NCBI GenBank assembly: GCA_043779525.1
Contig: JAYWED010000033.1
Span: forward strand, 971-64,970
Source: Candidatus Eiseniibacteriota bacterium
GTDB taxonomy: Bacteria; Eisenbacteria; RBG-16-71-46; SZUA-252
Direction: 5' to 3'
Length of the DNA: 64,000 bases
The notes beneath the pieces were generated by a model. The model was not told the origin of the DNA. It saw nothing but the letters and a program-made list of their open reading frames with translations, and searched no databases. Both the position numbers and the translations under genes were made by a program. This document shows, piece after piece, positions 16,730 to 26,339 of this stretch (positions within the stretch are counted from its first letter, which is position 1; the number at the start of each line of letters is the position of its first letter).

Positions 16730-18349
16730 CTGGAAAAACTCCTTCATCCCTCCGCGCTCTACCGGGATTTCCTGACCGCGCCGGAACGGACGCGCCCCTA
16801 CTACCCTCTCGATTTCCGCGATCTCCAGGCATGCGGGCGTGCGGGCTCCTCGCGCGAGTATCCCGCGTCCCGCCGGTCGGCCATGGCTTCCATCCTGCGC
16901 CGGCAGGCTTCGGCGTGGGGCATCCTCGACGCCTCCCGCGAGAGCCTCGCCATGTTCGAGCGGCCCGAAACGATCGTCGTCGTCTCGGGCCAGCAGCCCG
17001 GGCTCTTCGGGGGACCGCTCTACACGATCTACAAGACGCTCACCGCGATCGCCTTCGCTCAGGAGCTCTCGCGCGCGACCGGACGTCCGGTGGTCCCGGT
17101 CTTCTGGATCGCCTCAGACGATCATGACTTCGAGGAGTCGCGTCACGCCTTCATCGGGGACGGCGCGATCTCGGCAAAGGAGTTGGCGTACCCGCTGGAC
17201 GGGGCTCCGCACGGCGTCTCCCTGGCGCGGATATCGCTCAAGCCGCCCGTTCTCGATCTCATCCGCGAGGCGGACGAGGCGCTGGCGGGCGCCACGTTCC
17301 GCGCCGAGGTCGTGGACCGACTGCGGGACGCCTACGCGCCCGGTAGGGGCTGGACCGAGGCGTTCGCGAGGCTCGCCGGGGGGTGGGTGGCGCCCTGGGG
17401 AGCGCTCGTCTTCGACCCCGCCGATCCCGAGGCAAAAAGGCTGGCGCTCCCGGTGTTCGAGCGCGAGATCGAGTTTCAGGGACGCACCTCCGAGGCCGCG
17501 CGCGTGCGGGGGGAGGAGCTTCAGGCGGCGGGGTATCACGCCCAGATCGCCCGAACCGGGCAGGAGCTGAATCTCTTCTGGCACGAGGAGACCCGGGAGG
17601 CGCTCCGCCTTTCACGGAACGGCACGCTCCGGCTCGCGGAGAGCGGGCGCGAGATCGGGGCGCGCGAGCTTCTGGCGAAGCTGCGTGAGCGCCCGGAGGA
17701 CGCGAGTCCCGGCGTGCTGCTGCGGCCGCTCATGCAGGACCATCTCTTTCCCACCGCGGCCTACGTCGGCGGTCCCTCCGAGGTCGCCTACTGGGCGCAG
17801 GTGTACGCGCTGTACCCGCTCTTCGATATGAATCCGCCCGCCATCGTGCCCCGCGCGGGCGCGACGATTCTCGAGCCGAAGATCGCGAAGATCCTGGATA
17901 AGTTCGGCATCCCCTGGGACGCGCTCGCGGGGGACGTGGAGACCGTGATCCGCGACATGCTCACGAAGCTTCTGCCTGTGGATTTTCCGGCGCTCTTCGA
18001 GAAGGAGCGCTCGGGATGGACCGAGAGCATGAAGCGGATCGAGAGCGCCGTGACGGCCTTCGATCCCTCGCTCAAGGCGGCGGCGGAGACCGCGACCGGG
18101 AGGGTCGTCCACGAGGGTCAGGTCCTCGAGAAGAAGCTCATGCAGGTCTGGAAGCGCCGGCACGAGGAATCGGTGCAGAAGATCCGGCGCGCCCGCGAGA
18201 GTCTTTTCCCGCGCGGCGCGTTACAGGAACGCACCATGTCGGTTCTGGGATACGCCGCCGAGCACGGGCCTCCGCTTCTGGAGGAGTTCCGCCGCAAGGT
18301 GCGGGAGCCGGGCGCCCACGCGCTCGTGACACCGGGAGGAGCATCGTGA
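16730..18349 (+). CDS. bshC: Bacillithiol biosynthesis cysteine-adding enzyme; start probably upstream of first ATG (16883)
   Basis: VSGQQPGLFGGPLYTIYK, PVFWIASDDHDFEE, SPGVLLRP, YVGGPSEVAY, LQER. Confidence 0.93.
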   Translation: MEKLLHPSALYRDFLTAPERTRPYYPLDFRDLQACGRAGSSREYPASRRSAMASILRRQASAWGILDASRESLAMFERPETIVVVSGQQPGLFGGPLYTIYKTLTAIAFAQELSRATGRPVVPVFWIASDDHDFEESRHAFIGDGAISAKELAYPLDGAPHGVSLARISLKPPVLDLIREADEALAGATFRAEVVDRLRDAYAPGRGWTEAFARLAGGWVAPWGALVFDPADPEAKRLALPVFEREIEFQGRTSEAARVRGEELQAAGYHAQIARTGQELNLFWHEETREALRLSRNGTLRLAESGREIGARELLAKLRERPEDASPGVLLRPLMQDHLFPTAAYVGGPSEVAYWAQVYALYPLFDMNPPAIVPRAGATILEPKIAKILDKFGIPWDALAGDVETVIRDMLTKLLPVDFPALFEKERSGWTESMKRIESAVTAFDPSLKAAAETATGRVVHEGQVLEKKLMQVWKRRHEESVQKIRRARESLFPRGALQERTMSVLGYAAEHGPPLLEEFRRKVREPGAHALVTPGGAS

Positions 18350-19515
18350 AGATCGGAATCACCTGTTACCCGACCCATGGAGGCTCCGGGGTCGTCGCGA
18401 CCGAGCTGGGGATGGAGCTGGCGAGGCGGGGGCACGAGGTGCATTTCATCTCCTACGCGCTTCCGTTCCGGCTCAAGCAGTTCCAGGACAACGTCGTGTT
18501 CCACGAAGTGCAGATGCTCTCGTATCCGCTCTTCCAGTACCCCCCGTACACGCTGGCCCTCGCCGCGAAGCTGGCCGAGGTCGCCGACGAGTATCAGCTG
18601 GACGTGCTCCATGCGCACTACGCGCTGCCGCACGCGGTCTGCGCCTATCTCGCGCGCCAGGTGGCCAAGTCCGGCAAGCTCAAGATCGTGACCACCCTCC
18701 ACGGCACCGACATCACGCTCGTGGGCAGCGATCCTTCCTTTCACGCGCTGACGCGGTTCGGCATCGAGCAGAGCGACGGCGTGACCGCGGTCTCGAGCTA
18801 TCTCCGCGAGAAGACGTTCGAGGTCTTTGAGATCGAGCGCGCCATCGAGGTCATCCCGAACTTCGTGGACACGGCCCGCTTCGCGCCTCGCCTTGCGAGC
18901 TCCTGCCGCAAGGAGCAGTTCGCGAAGAAGGGGGAGCGTCTCCTGCTCCACATCTCGAACTTCCGCCCGAGCAAGTGCGTCCTCGACGTCGTGCGGGTCT
19001 TCGCCGCCGTGCGGCGGGAGGTCCCGAGCCGGCTCCTTCTCGTGGGGGACGGGCCGGAACGCGTGCCCTCGCGGGAGCTGGCGGACGAGCTGGGCGTGAC
19101 GAAATGGATCCGCTGGCTGGGCCAGCTCGACGCCGTGGAAGAAGTCATCGGCTGCGCGGACCTCTTCGTCCTGCCCAGCCGGAACGAGAGCTTCGGGCTG
19201 GCCGCGCTCGAAGCCATGTCGGCCGGAGTTCCGGTCATCGCCACGACGGCCGAGGGGTTGCCCGAGCTGGTGCGAAACGGCGAGACCGGGTATCTCCTGC
19301 CGGTGGGCGACGTGGAAGGGATGGCGCGCCGCTCGATCGAAGTGCTCTCGGACGACAAGCGGCATGCGGCGATGTCCGAGGCCGCGCGCCGCGTGGCGAT
19401 CGAGCGCTACGAGGTGAACACGGTCATTCCCATGTACGAGGAGTTCTACGGCCGCGTCCTGGGACACTCGGTTCGCGTGCCCCAGCCCTTCACGCCTCCC
19501 GACGCGCTGGCGTAG
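18346..19515 (+). CDS. bshA: N-acetyl-alpha-D-glucosaminyl L-malate synthase
   Basis: KIGITCYPTHGGSGVVATELG, YPLFQYPPY, HAHYALPHA, TTLHGTDITLVG, HISNFR, ESFGLAALEAM; GTGA overlap with bshC. Confidence 0.96.
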   Translation: MKIGITCYPTHGGSGVVATELGMELARRGHEVHFISYALPFRLKQFQDNVVFHEVQMLSYPLFQYPPYTLALAAKLAEVADEYQLDVLHAHYALPHAVCAYLARQVAKSGKLKIVTTLHGTDITLVGSDPSFHALTRFGIEQSDGVTAVSSYLREKTFEVFEIERAIEVIPNFVDTARFAPRLASSCRKEQFAKKGERLLLHISNFRPSKCVLDVVRVFAAVRREVPSRLLLVGDGPERVPSRELADELGVTKWIRWLGQLDAVEEVIGCADLFVLPSRNESFGLAALEAMSAGVPVIATTAEGLPELVRNGETGYLLPVGDVEGMARRSIEVLSDDKRHAAMSEAARRVAIERYEVNTVIPMYEEFYGRVLGHSVRVPQPFTPPDALA

Positions 19516-19525
19516 GGGTGCGCGC

Positions 19526-20722
19526 TCAGGGACTCGCCGGAGCGACTGTGAAGTCGAGCGTGGAGTCGCTCCCCGCGAGAATTCCGTAGATGGTCGCGCC
19601 CACGAGGCCGGGGGTCGACGGTGTTACGAACAGGTTGTACCGGGCTGGTCTTCGCACGATTACGCTGAATTGGCCCAGGGCATCGGAAACGCTCGTGGCG
19701 CCGAAGTAGCCGCTTCCGTTCCAGGCCCTCACGGCCACACCCGGGATCGCGTCCCCGGTCGTCGAGTTTCGCACCACTCCCGACCAGCGAATTCCCGCGA
19801 GATCGAAATCCACTGTCACGGGTCCCTGGATATCGGGACCCGGCTGCGAGTAGGGGTAGATGTAGGCGCTGGGCCCCTTGGGAACAAGGAACCAGTCGTA
19901 GGCGCCACTGGGCAGGTACATTTGATAGGTGCCGCCTGGGTCCGTCAAGACGGCGTCGTTGCCGACATTGAACGACGCATTGACCTCAACGGAGTCGAGC
20001 GGCACGCCTCCCAGGGTCACGGTTCCTGTCACGAGGTGGCCGTCGAGCTGGAAATTCAGCGTCGTGTCCGCGGCGATCACATGGGTTCCAAACGAGCGCC
20101 TCGCGATTCCCGTATAGGCGCGCGCGGGGGACACGAAGAACCCGTATTGGCCGGGGTGGGGCAAGAACACCTTGTAGCCGCCTGGTCCGGCGCGAACCTG
20201 AACGTCGAAACCCACGGTAATGACATCGCTGGGGGGAAGGTTGCTTTCCTCGTAGACGGATACGAGGGCCGAGTCGATCGGGAGTCCTGCGGGGCCCGTC
20301 ACCATTCCCGTTACGGGGAAGCCCTTGTACCGATAATCGTAGCGGGTCACGGGCGCGGTGATCCGAATGCCAGGGATTTGCACGCCGGAAAACCCGGACT
20401 GGTAATCGAAGTTGCTCCCTACCCAGAGGTCGTACACACCTTCCGTTGCCTCGAACCGAAACGCCCCCGCGCTGTCCGTCTTCGCCCGGAGCGGGCCGCT
20501 CGACACATACTCCCGAGGATGGAACACGAGCATGAGGGGGATATCGGCGATGGGATTTCCTTCGGGGTCCCGAACGGTGCCCTCCAGGACAGCTCTTTGA
20601 ACCGGCTTCTGCGCGACGTTCGTAGCGCAGGAAGCAATCGTTGCCACCATCACGACGGCGGCCAAGCGTGCCAGGACGGTGCTCAGGCGAGCGTGAAACG
20701 GGTCAGAACCGAACGCCGACAT
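19526..20722 (-). CDS. Putative lipoprotein with ~4 carboxypeptidase-regulatory-like beta-sandwich repeats
   Basis: Lipobox-like IASC; repeated GxVx...GxP...TDxxGxF/Y modules; start uncertain. Confidence 0.7.
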   Translation of the reverse strand: MSAFGSDPFHARLSTVLARLAAVVMVATIASCATNVAQKPVQRAVLEGTVRDPEGNPIADIPLMLVFHPREYVSSGPLRAKTDSAGAFRFEATEGVYDLWVGSNFDYQSGFSGVQIPGIRITAPVTRYDYRYKGFPVTGMVTGPAGLPIDSALVSVYEESNLPPSDVITVGFDVQVRAGPGGYKVFLPHPGQYGFFVSPARAYTGIARRSFGTHVIAADTTLNFQLDGHLVTGTVTLGGVPLDSVEVNASFNVGNDAVLTDPGGTYQMYLPSGAYDWFLVPKGPSAYIYPYSQPGPDIQGPVTVDFDLAGIRWSGVVRNSTTGDAIPGVAVRAWNGSGYFGATSVSDALGQFSVIVRRPARYNLFVTPSTPGLVGATIYGILAGSDSTLDFTVAPASP

Positions 20723-21305
20723 TTGCCGCAACCGTTTTGAGGGCCTCGAACGTTCGTGGACCCACGTAGATCACTCGCCCCTCGAGGTCGTAGTACTCGA
20801 CCCGACTCGCGTAGAGATCCACGCTCCCCTCGAGTGATACGAAATGGCTCCGACCAATCGAACGGGAGAGGCCTAGGCCTCCGGTGAGCGTTCCCGCGGA
20901 GGAATCATGGGCGTCGTTGAAATTCATCGCTACTCCACCCACCCCCGCGAAAACGTACGGCCGCGTCGCGCCTCCGAGCAGGTCCATGCGAGCCACGCCG
21001 CGCAAGGCACTGATGGTGGCGGTCCGATTTGTCGAGACCCGAACGGGGGCGCTGAAGAGGTAGTCGATCCCGAATGATGCGCGATCGGTGATGCCAAGTC
21101 CCATCCGGATCCCCGCGCAGAAGTCGTCGCCGAGGCCGAGCTCCTGATTGAAGAACCGGACCCCTCCCGCCAGTTGGATGGTGATCGGCCGTTCCGAGGC
21201 CCCGGCCGGCTGGGCCCTCAAGGCAAGAAGCGTCGCGGTCAGAACCGGCATCCAAAGCCTGCGGGTGAAAAGGGAGCGAAGGGGCCACCTTCGAACGCGT
21301 TGCAC
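20703..21305 (-). CDS. Outer-membrane beta-barrel protein (OmpA-TM-like, small barrel)
   Basis: Signal peptide ending AQPAGA, RPYVFAGVGG, alternating strands, C-terminal VGVRF. Confidence 0.75.
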   Translation of the reverse strand: MQRVRRWPLRSLFTRRLWMPVLTATLLALRAQPAGASERPITIQLAGGVRFFNQELGLGDDFCAGIRMGLGITDRASFGIDYLFSAPVRVSTNRTATISALRGVARMDLLGGATRPYVFAGVGGVAMNFNDAHDSSAGTLTGGLGLSRSIGRSHFVSLEGSVDLYASRVEYYDLEGRVIYVGPRTFEALKTVAANVGVRF

Positions 21306-21450
21306 GGGATGCCTCCAGCCGGTTTGGAATGCTCACAAAGACTCGAGCAGGCTTGTGGGAGGGTACGCTTCCGTGTACCATCGATATCTTGCTCCCACAC
21401 CGTAACGACTTGCAAGAACTCACGCTGAGCCAGGAGAAGGCAGGAATTCC

Positions 21451-22446
21451 ATGACCCGCCGCGAACGCATCCGGAAGACGATTCAGGGCGAGCGCACCGA
21501 CCGGCCGCCCATGTCGTTCTGGAGGCATTTCTACCACCGCGAGGGGACGGCCAAGGACCTGGCGGACGCCATGCTGGAGTTCCAGAAGAAGTACGACTGG
21601 GACTTCATGAAGGTCAATCCGCGCGCCTCCTATCATGTGGAGGATTGGGGCGTGAAGACCAAGCGCCCGGGTGGGGGCCCGCTCGACAAGCCCAAGGTGG
21701 TCCAGTCGCCGGTGAAGGAGCCCGCGGACTGGGACACGATCCGTCCTCTGGATCCCACGAAAGGGACGCTGGGCGAGATGCTCGATGCCGAGGAGCGGAT
21801 CGCCGCCGAGATCCAGGGCGATACCGACTGGATCATGACCGTGTTCAATCCCATCTCGATCGCCGCGGATCTCGTGAACGACGACGCGCGTTTCCGGGAG
21901 CATCTGCGCCATCATGGGGAGCGCGTCCACGCGGCGCTCCGCGCGATCACCGACACCTTCGCCGCGTTCACCCGCGAAACGATGCAGCGCGGCGCCTCGG
22001 GGATCCTGTTCGCGACCACCGACTACGGCAACGCCTCGCGGATCGACAAGGCGCTGCTGGAGGAATTCGGCCGCCCCTATGACCTGCGTGTGCTCGAGGA
22101 GGCGAAGCAGGGTTTCCTCAATACGATCCATGTGTGCGGTCCGAACGCGTTCGTCCGGGAGCACCTGGACTATCCGGTCTCGATCCTGTCCTGGGCCGAT
22201 CACGACCCCGGCAATCCATCCATCTCCGAGATGAAGAAGGCCACCAGCCTGACCCTCATGACCGGGATCGACCACGAGCGCGTCATGGTTCAGGGGCCGC
22301 CGGAGGCGGTGCAGGCTCAGGCGCGCGCGGCCATCGAGGAAGCACAGGGCGCGCGGTTCATCCTGGCTCCGGGCTGCGCCGTGCCGTCGGCCGCGCCGGA
22401 GCGCCACTACGCCGCCGCGAGGGAGGCCGTGCTCGCATGCGCCTGA
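21451..22446 (+). CDS. Uroporphyrinogen decarboxylase (URO-D/MtaA-CmuA) family protein
   Basis: [26 protein letters not shown]; SD AGGA upstream. Confidence 0.82.
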   Translation: MTRRERIRKTIQGERTDRPPMSFWRHFYHREGTAKDLADAMLEFQKKYDWDFMKVNPRASYHVEDWGVKTKRPGGGPLDKPKVVQSPVKEPADWDTIRPLDPTKGTLGEMLDAEERIAAEIQGDTDWIMTVFNPISIAADLVNDDARFREHLRHHGERVHAALRAITDTFAAFTRETMQRGASGILFATTDYGNASRIDKALLEEFGRPYDLRVLEEAKQGFLNTIHVCGPNAFVREHLDYPVSILSWADHDPGNPSISEMKKATSLTLMTGIDHERVMVQGPPEAVQAQARAAIEEAQGARFILAPGCAVPSAAPERHYAAAREAVLACA

Positions 22447-22820
22447 CCGCATTCAAGTCCAAGATACACCGCGCCACCGTCACCGAGGCCGACCTGAACT
22501 ACGAGGGCTCGATCACGATCGACGCGGACCTGATGGACGCGGCCGACATTCTCCCGCACGAGCAGGTGCAGATCCTGAACGTGAACAACGGCGTGCGGTT
22601 CGACACGTACGCGATCCGCGGACCGCGCGGATCGGGCGTGATCTGCCTCAATGGTCCCGCGGCGCGCCTCGCGCACGTCGGCGACACGGTGATCATCCTC
22701 ACCTACGCGGCGATGGAGCGGGAAGAGCTCCTGCGGCACGTTCCAACTGTCGTCTTCGTCGACGAGAAGAACCAGATCCGCCGGCCCGAAGGCGCGCAGG
22801 CCCCCAAAGGCCGGAGCTGA
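22437..22820 (+). CDS. panD: Aspartate 1-decarboxylase
   Basis: [18 protein letters not shown] (G-S self-cleavage site), [15 protein letters not shown]. Confidence 0.97.
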   Translation: MRLTAFKSKIHRATVTEADLNYEGSITIDADLMDAADILPHEQVQILNVNNGVRFDTYAIRGPRGSGVICLNGPAARLAHVGDTVIILTYAAMEREELLRHVPTVVFVDEKNQIRRPEGAQAPKGRS

Positions 22821-22825
22821 CGGCG

Positions 22826-24148
22826 ATGCATCGCTCCCCGCTCATTCACGTGACGTTGTTCGCGTGTGCCATCCTGGGCCTCGGCGCGAAGAACGCGACG
22901 CCTCCCAGCACGCCCACCGCGGCTGTCGCAGAGAAGCCGGTCCTGGACGTGCTCACGATCGAGGGCGCCATCCAGCCCATCTCGGCGCAGACCATCGTGC
23001 AGGCGATCGGGCGTGCCGAGCGCGACAAGCGCGAGGCGCTGGTGATCCTGCTCGACACGCCGGGCGGTCTCGACACCGCCATGCGCGACATCGTGAAGCG
23101 CATCCTGATCTCCGAGGTTCCAGTCGTGGTCTACGTGGCGCCGGCGGGGAGCCGCGCGGCCTCGGCCGGAACCTTCATCGCGTACGCGGCCCACGTCTCG
23201 GCCATGGCGCCGGGGACCGCGATCGGGGCGGCCACGCCGGTGAATCTCGGCGGGGGCGGCATGGACTCGACGATGGCCCACAAGGTGCAGAACGACGCGG
23301 TCAGCTACATCCGATCGCTCGCCGCGCAGCGCGGACGGAACGCGGAATGGGCGGAGAAGGCGGTCCGCCAGGGGGGCTCCCTTCCCGAGGACGAGGCGCT
23401 GAGGCTCCACGTCGTCGACTACCTGGCCCGCGATCTCGACGATCTGGCGAAGAAGATGGACGGCCGGCAGGTGACGGTGGGGGGACTCACCCGCACGCTC
23501 CATACCAAGGACGCGGTCCGGCATGCAACGGCCGCGAGCTGGAGGCAGAAGCTCCTCGGACGGATCATCGATCCCAATGTCGCGTACATTCTCTTCATCC
23601 TCGGCTTCTACGGCCTTCTCTTCGAGCTCTCCAATCCCGGCGCCATCCTGCCCGGCATCGTCGGGGGGATCTGCATTCTCCTCGCCTTCCTGGCGTTCCA
23701 GGCCCTTCCGGTGAACCTGACCGGCGTGTTCCTGATTCTCTTCGCCATGCTCCTGTTTCTCGTCGACGTCAAAGTGCAGAGCCATGGGCTGCTCTCGGTA
23801 GGAGGAATCGTGTCGCTGGTGCTGGGCTCGCTGATCTTGATGAGCGGAGAGGGGGGGAGCATGCGTATCTCGCTCTCGGTGATCCTCACGGTAGCCGTGG
23901 TGACGGTGCTATTCTTCGCCTTCGTCATAGGCGCGGGCTATCGCGCGCTCCAGAGAAAGCCGGTCACGGGGCGCGAGGGTCTCCTGGGCGAGCGCGGCGT
24001 CGCGATGACGGATCTGGGATCGGGGGAGGGGCGGGTGTTCGTGCACGGGGCATACTGGGCGGCGGAAGCGGACGATCGAATCGAGAAAGGCGCGCCCGTG
24101 GTCGTCGAGCACGTCGACGGCCTCAGGCTGCGCGTCCGGAAGGCGTAG
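22826..24148 (+). CDS. NfeD family membrane-bound ClpP-class serine protease
   Basis: LDTPGG, RAASAG, IGAATPV, TM region, C-terminal OB domain GRVFVHGAYW. Confidence 0.93.
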   Translation: MHRSPLIHVTLFACAILGLGAKNATPPSTPTAAVAEKPVLDVLTIEGAIQPISAQTIVQAIGRAERDKREALVILLDTPGGLDTAMRDIVKRILISEVPVVVYVAPAGSRAASAGTFIAYAAHVSAMAPGTAIGAATPVNLGGGGMDSTMAHKVQNDAVSYIRSLAAQRGRNAEWAEKAVRQGGSLPEDEALRLHVVDYLARDLDDLAKKMDGRQVTVGGLTRTLHTKDAVRHATAASWRQKLLGRIIDPNVAYILFILGFYGLLFELSNPGAILPGIVGGICILLAFLAFQALPVNLTGVFLILFAMLLFLVDVKVQSHGLLSVGGIVSLVLGSLILMSGEGGSMRISLSVILTVAVVTVLFFAFVIGAGYRALQRKPVTGREGLLGERGVAMTDLGSGEGRVFVHGAYWAAEADDRIEKGAPVVVEHVDGLRLRVRKA

Positions 24149-24163
24149 GGAGGGGGCAAGGCG

Positions 24164-24931
24164 ATGGTTTCTGTTTCCGCGGCGGTGCTGATCTTTCTGG
24201 CGGTGATGATTTTCTCCAGCTCGATCAAGATTCTGCGCGAATACGAGCGCGGGGTCATCTTTCGGCTCGGGCGGGCGATCGGAGCCAAGGGTCCGGGGCT
24301 CATCATCCTCATTCCCATCGTGGACAAGATGGTTAAGGTCCAGCTCCGCACGGTCGCGATGGACGTGCCGTCCCAGGACGTGATCACGAAGGACAACGTC
24401 TCGGTGAAGGTGAACGCGGTGATCTACTTCCGCGTTCTCGACGCGAACCGCGCGGTCCTCGAGGTGGAGAACTATCTCTACGCCACCTCCCAGATCGCGC
24501 AGACCACGCTCCGGAGCACGCTGGGCGAGTCGGACTTAGACGAGCTTCTCTCCAAGCGCGAGAAGATCAACCAGGAGCTTCAGGTCGTGATCGACCGGCA
24601 CACCGAGCCCTGGGGAATCAAGGTCAGCACGGTCGAGGTGAAGAACGTGGATCTTCCGCAAGAGATGCAGCGCGCCATCGCCCGCCAGGCGGAGGCCGAG
24701 CGCGAGCGCCGCGCCAAGGTGATCAACGCCGAAGGAGAGCTCCAGGCCAGCCAGAAGCTTACCGAGGCGGCCGGGGTCCTCGCCACGCAGCCGCTCGCGA
24801 TGCAGCTTCGCTACCTCCAGACGCTGGCCGAGATCGCGACCGAGAACAACTCGACGACCGTCTTCCCGATTCCCATCGATCTCTTCGAGCCGCTCATCCG
24901 GGCGCGGCTGGCCGCGGAGTCCAAGAAGTGA
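24164..24931 (+). CDS. Slipin / stomatin (SPFH) family protein
   Basis: [39 protein letters not shown]. Confidence 0.96.
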   Translation: MVSVSAAVLIFLAVMIFSSSIKILREYERGVIFRLGRAIGAKGPGLIILIPIVDKMVKVQLRTVAMDVPSQDVITKDNVSVKVNAVIYFRVLDANRAVLEVENYLYATSQIAQTTLRSTLGESDLDELLSKREKINQELQVVIDRHTEPWGIKVSTVEVKNVDLPQEMQRAIARQAEAERERRAKVINAEGELQASQKLTEAAGVLATQPLAMQLRYLQTLAEIATENNSTTVFPIPIDLFEPLIRARLAAESKK

Positions 24932-24944
24932 CACGGGAGAGCCG

Positions 24945-26339
24945 GTGAGCGAGCGATACGACGTCGCCATCCTGGGCGGCGGCCCCGGAGGCTATGTGGC
25001 CGCGATCCGCGCGGGCCAGCTCGGCCTCAAGGTAGCGCTGGTCGAGAAGGCGAAGGTGGGCGGGACCTGCCTTCACTGGGGCTGCATTCCGACCAAGGCG
25101 CTGCTGGAATCCGCCGAGGTTCTTCTCCTCGCGCGGCGCGCCGGCGAGTTCGGCGTCCGCGTCTCGGAAGCCTCCCTCGATCTCAAGGCCGCGATGGAGC
25201 GGAAGGATCGGGTGGTGAAGAAGAACTTCATGGGCACCGAATCCCTGCTGAAGAAGAACAAGGTAGTCAGGATCAACGGCGATGGCCGCCTCAAGGCGAA
25301 GGACAAGATCGAGGTGACCGACGCGGCGGGAGCGAAGAGCGAGGTCCTGGCGAACGCCATCGTGCTGGCCACCGGGTCGCGCGTGGGGTCCTTGCCCATG
25401 GCGCCGGTGGATGGAACGGTGGTGATCTCGAGCGACGACATCCTGAGCCTCGATCGCGTGCCGGAATCCCTGCTCGTGATCGGCGCGGGCGCGGTGGGCG
25501 TCGAATTCGCGTCCATCTACCATACATTCGGATCGAAGGTGATCCTGGTCGAGCGGGAGCCGCGTCTCGTGCCGATCGAGGACGCGGAGATCTCCGACGC
25601 CCTGCAGCGCGCGTTCACGCGCCAGGGCATCGAGGTTCTGGTGGGCGCCTCGATCCAGAACGCGCGCGTCGAAGGGGACCAAGCCTGGAGCGAGGTCCTG
25701 GTCCAGGGGCAGGTCCAGCGCTATCACACCGATCGGGTGCTGATGGCCGCGGGCCGGAAGCCCAATACGGAGGGCCTCGGTCTGGAGACTCTGGGGGTCG
25801 CGACCGAGCGGGGGTTCGTGCGCGTCAACGACATGATGGAGACGAACGTTCCGGGCGTCTACGCCATCGGGGACATCGTGCCCGGTCCCGCGCTCGCCCA
25901 CGTGGCCTCGCATGAGGGCGTGGTCGCCGTCGAGAAGATCGCGGGCAGAAATCCCCATCCGGTCAACTACCAGGCGATCCCGAACTGCACCTACTGCCAT
26001 CCCCAGATCGCGAGCGTTGGGTTGACCGAGGCGCAGGCGCGCGCCTCCGGCCGCGCCGTGAAGACCGGCAAGTTTCCCTTCATCGCCAATTCGAAGGCGA
26101 GCATCCTGGGGCAGGGGGATGGATTCGTGAAGGCGGTATCGGACGCCACGAGCGGAGAGCTTCTGGGCGTCCACATCATCGGCGTGCAGGCCACCGAGCA
26201 GATCGCGGAGTCGGTGGTCGCCCGCCATTTCGAGGCGACCGCGCTCGAGCTGGCCGAAGTGGTTCACGCGCATCCCACCCTTGCCGAGGCGACCATGGAA
26301 GCCATGCTCGCGACCGATGGACGACCGATCCATTTCTGA
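24945..26339 (+). CDS. lpdA: Dihydrolipoyl dehydrogenase
   Basis: GGGPGGYVAA, GGTCLHWGCIPTK, HAHPTLAE. Confidence 0.96.
   Translation: MSERYDVAILGGGPGGYVAAIRAGQLGLKVALVEKAKVGGTCLHWGCIPTKALLESAEVLLLARRAGEFGVRVSEASLDLKAAMERKDRVVKKNFMGTESLLKKNKVVRINGDGRLKAKDKIEVTDAAGAKSEVLANAIVLATGSRVGSLPMAPVDGTVVISSDDILSLDRVPESLLVIGAGAVGVEFASIYHTFGSKVILVEREPRLVPIEDAEISDALQRAFTRQGIEVLVGASIQNARVEGDQAWSEVLVQGQVQRYHTDRVLMAAGRKPNTEGLGLETLGVATERGFVRVNDMMETNVPGVYAIGDIVPGPALAHVASHEGVVAVEKIAGRNPHPVNYQAIPNCTYCHPQIASVGLTEAQARASGRAVKTGKFPFIANSKASILGQGDGFVKAVSDATSGELLGVHIIGVQATEQIAESVVARHFEATALELAEVVHAHPTLAEATMEAMLATDGRPIHF

Noticed and set aside
22826-24931. NfeD-stomatin pair as a novel system
   Set aside because: Well-described, widespread operon.
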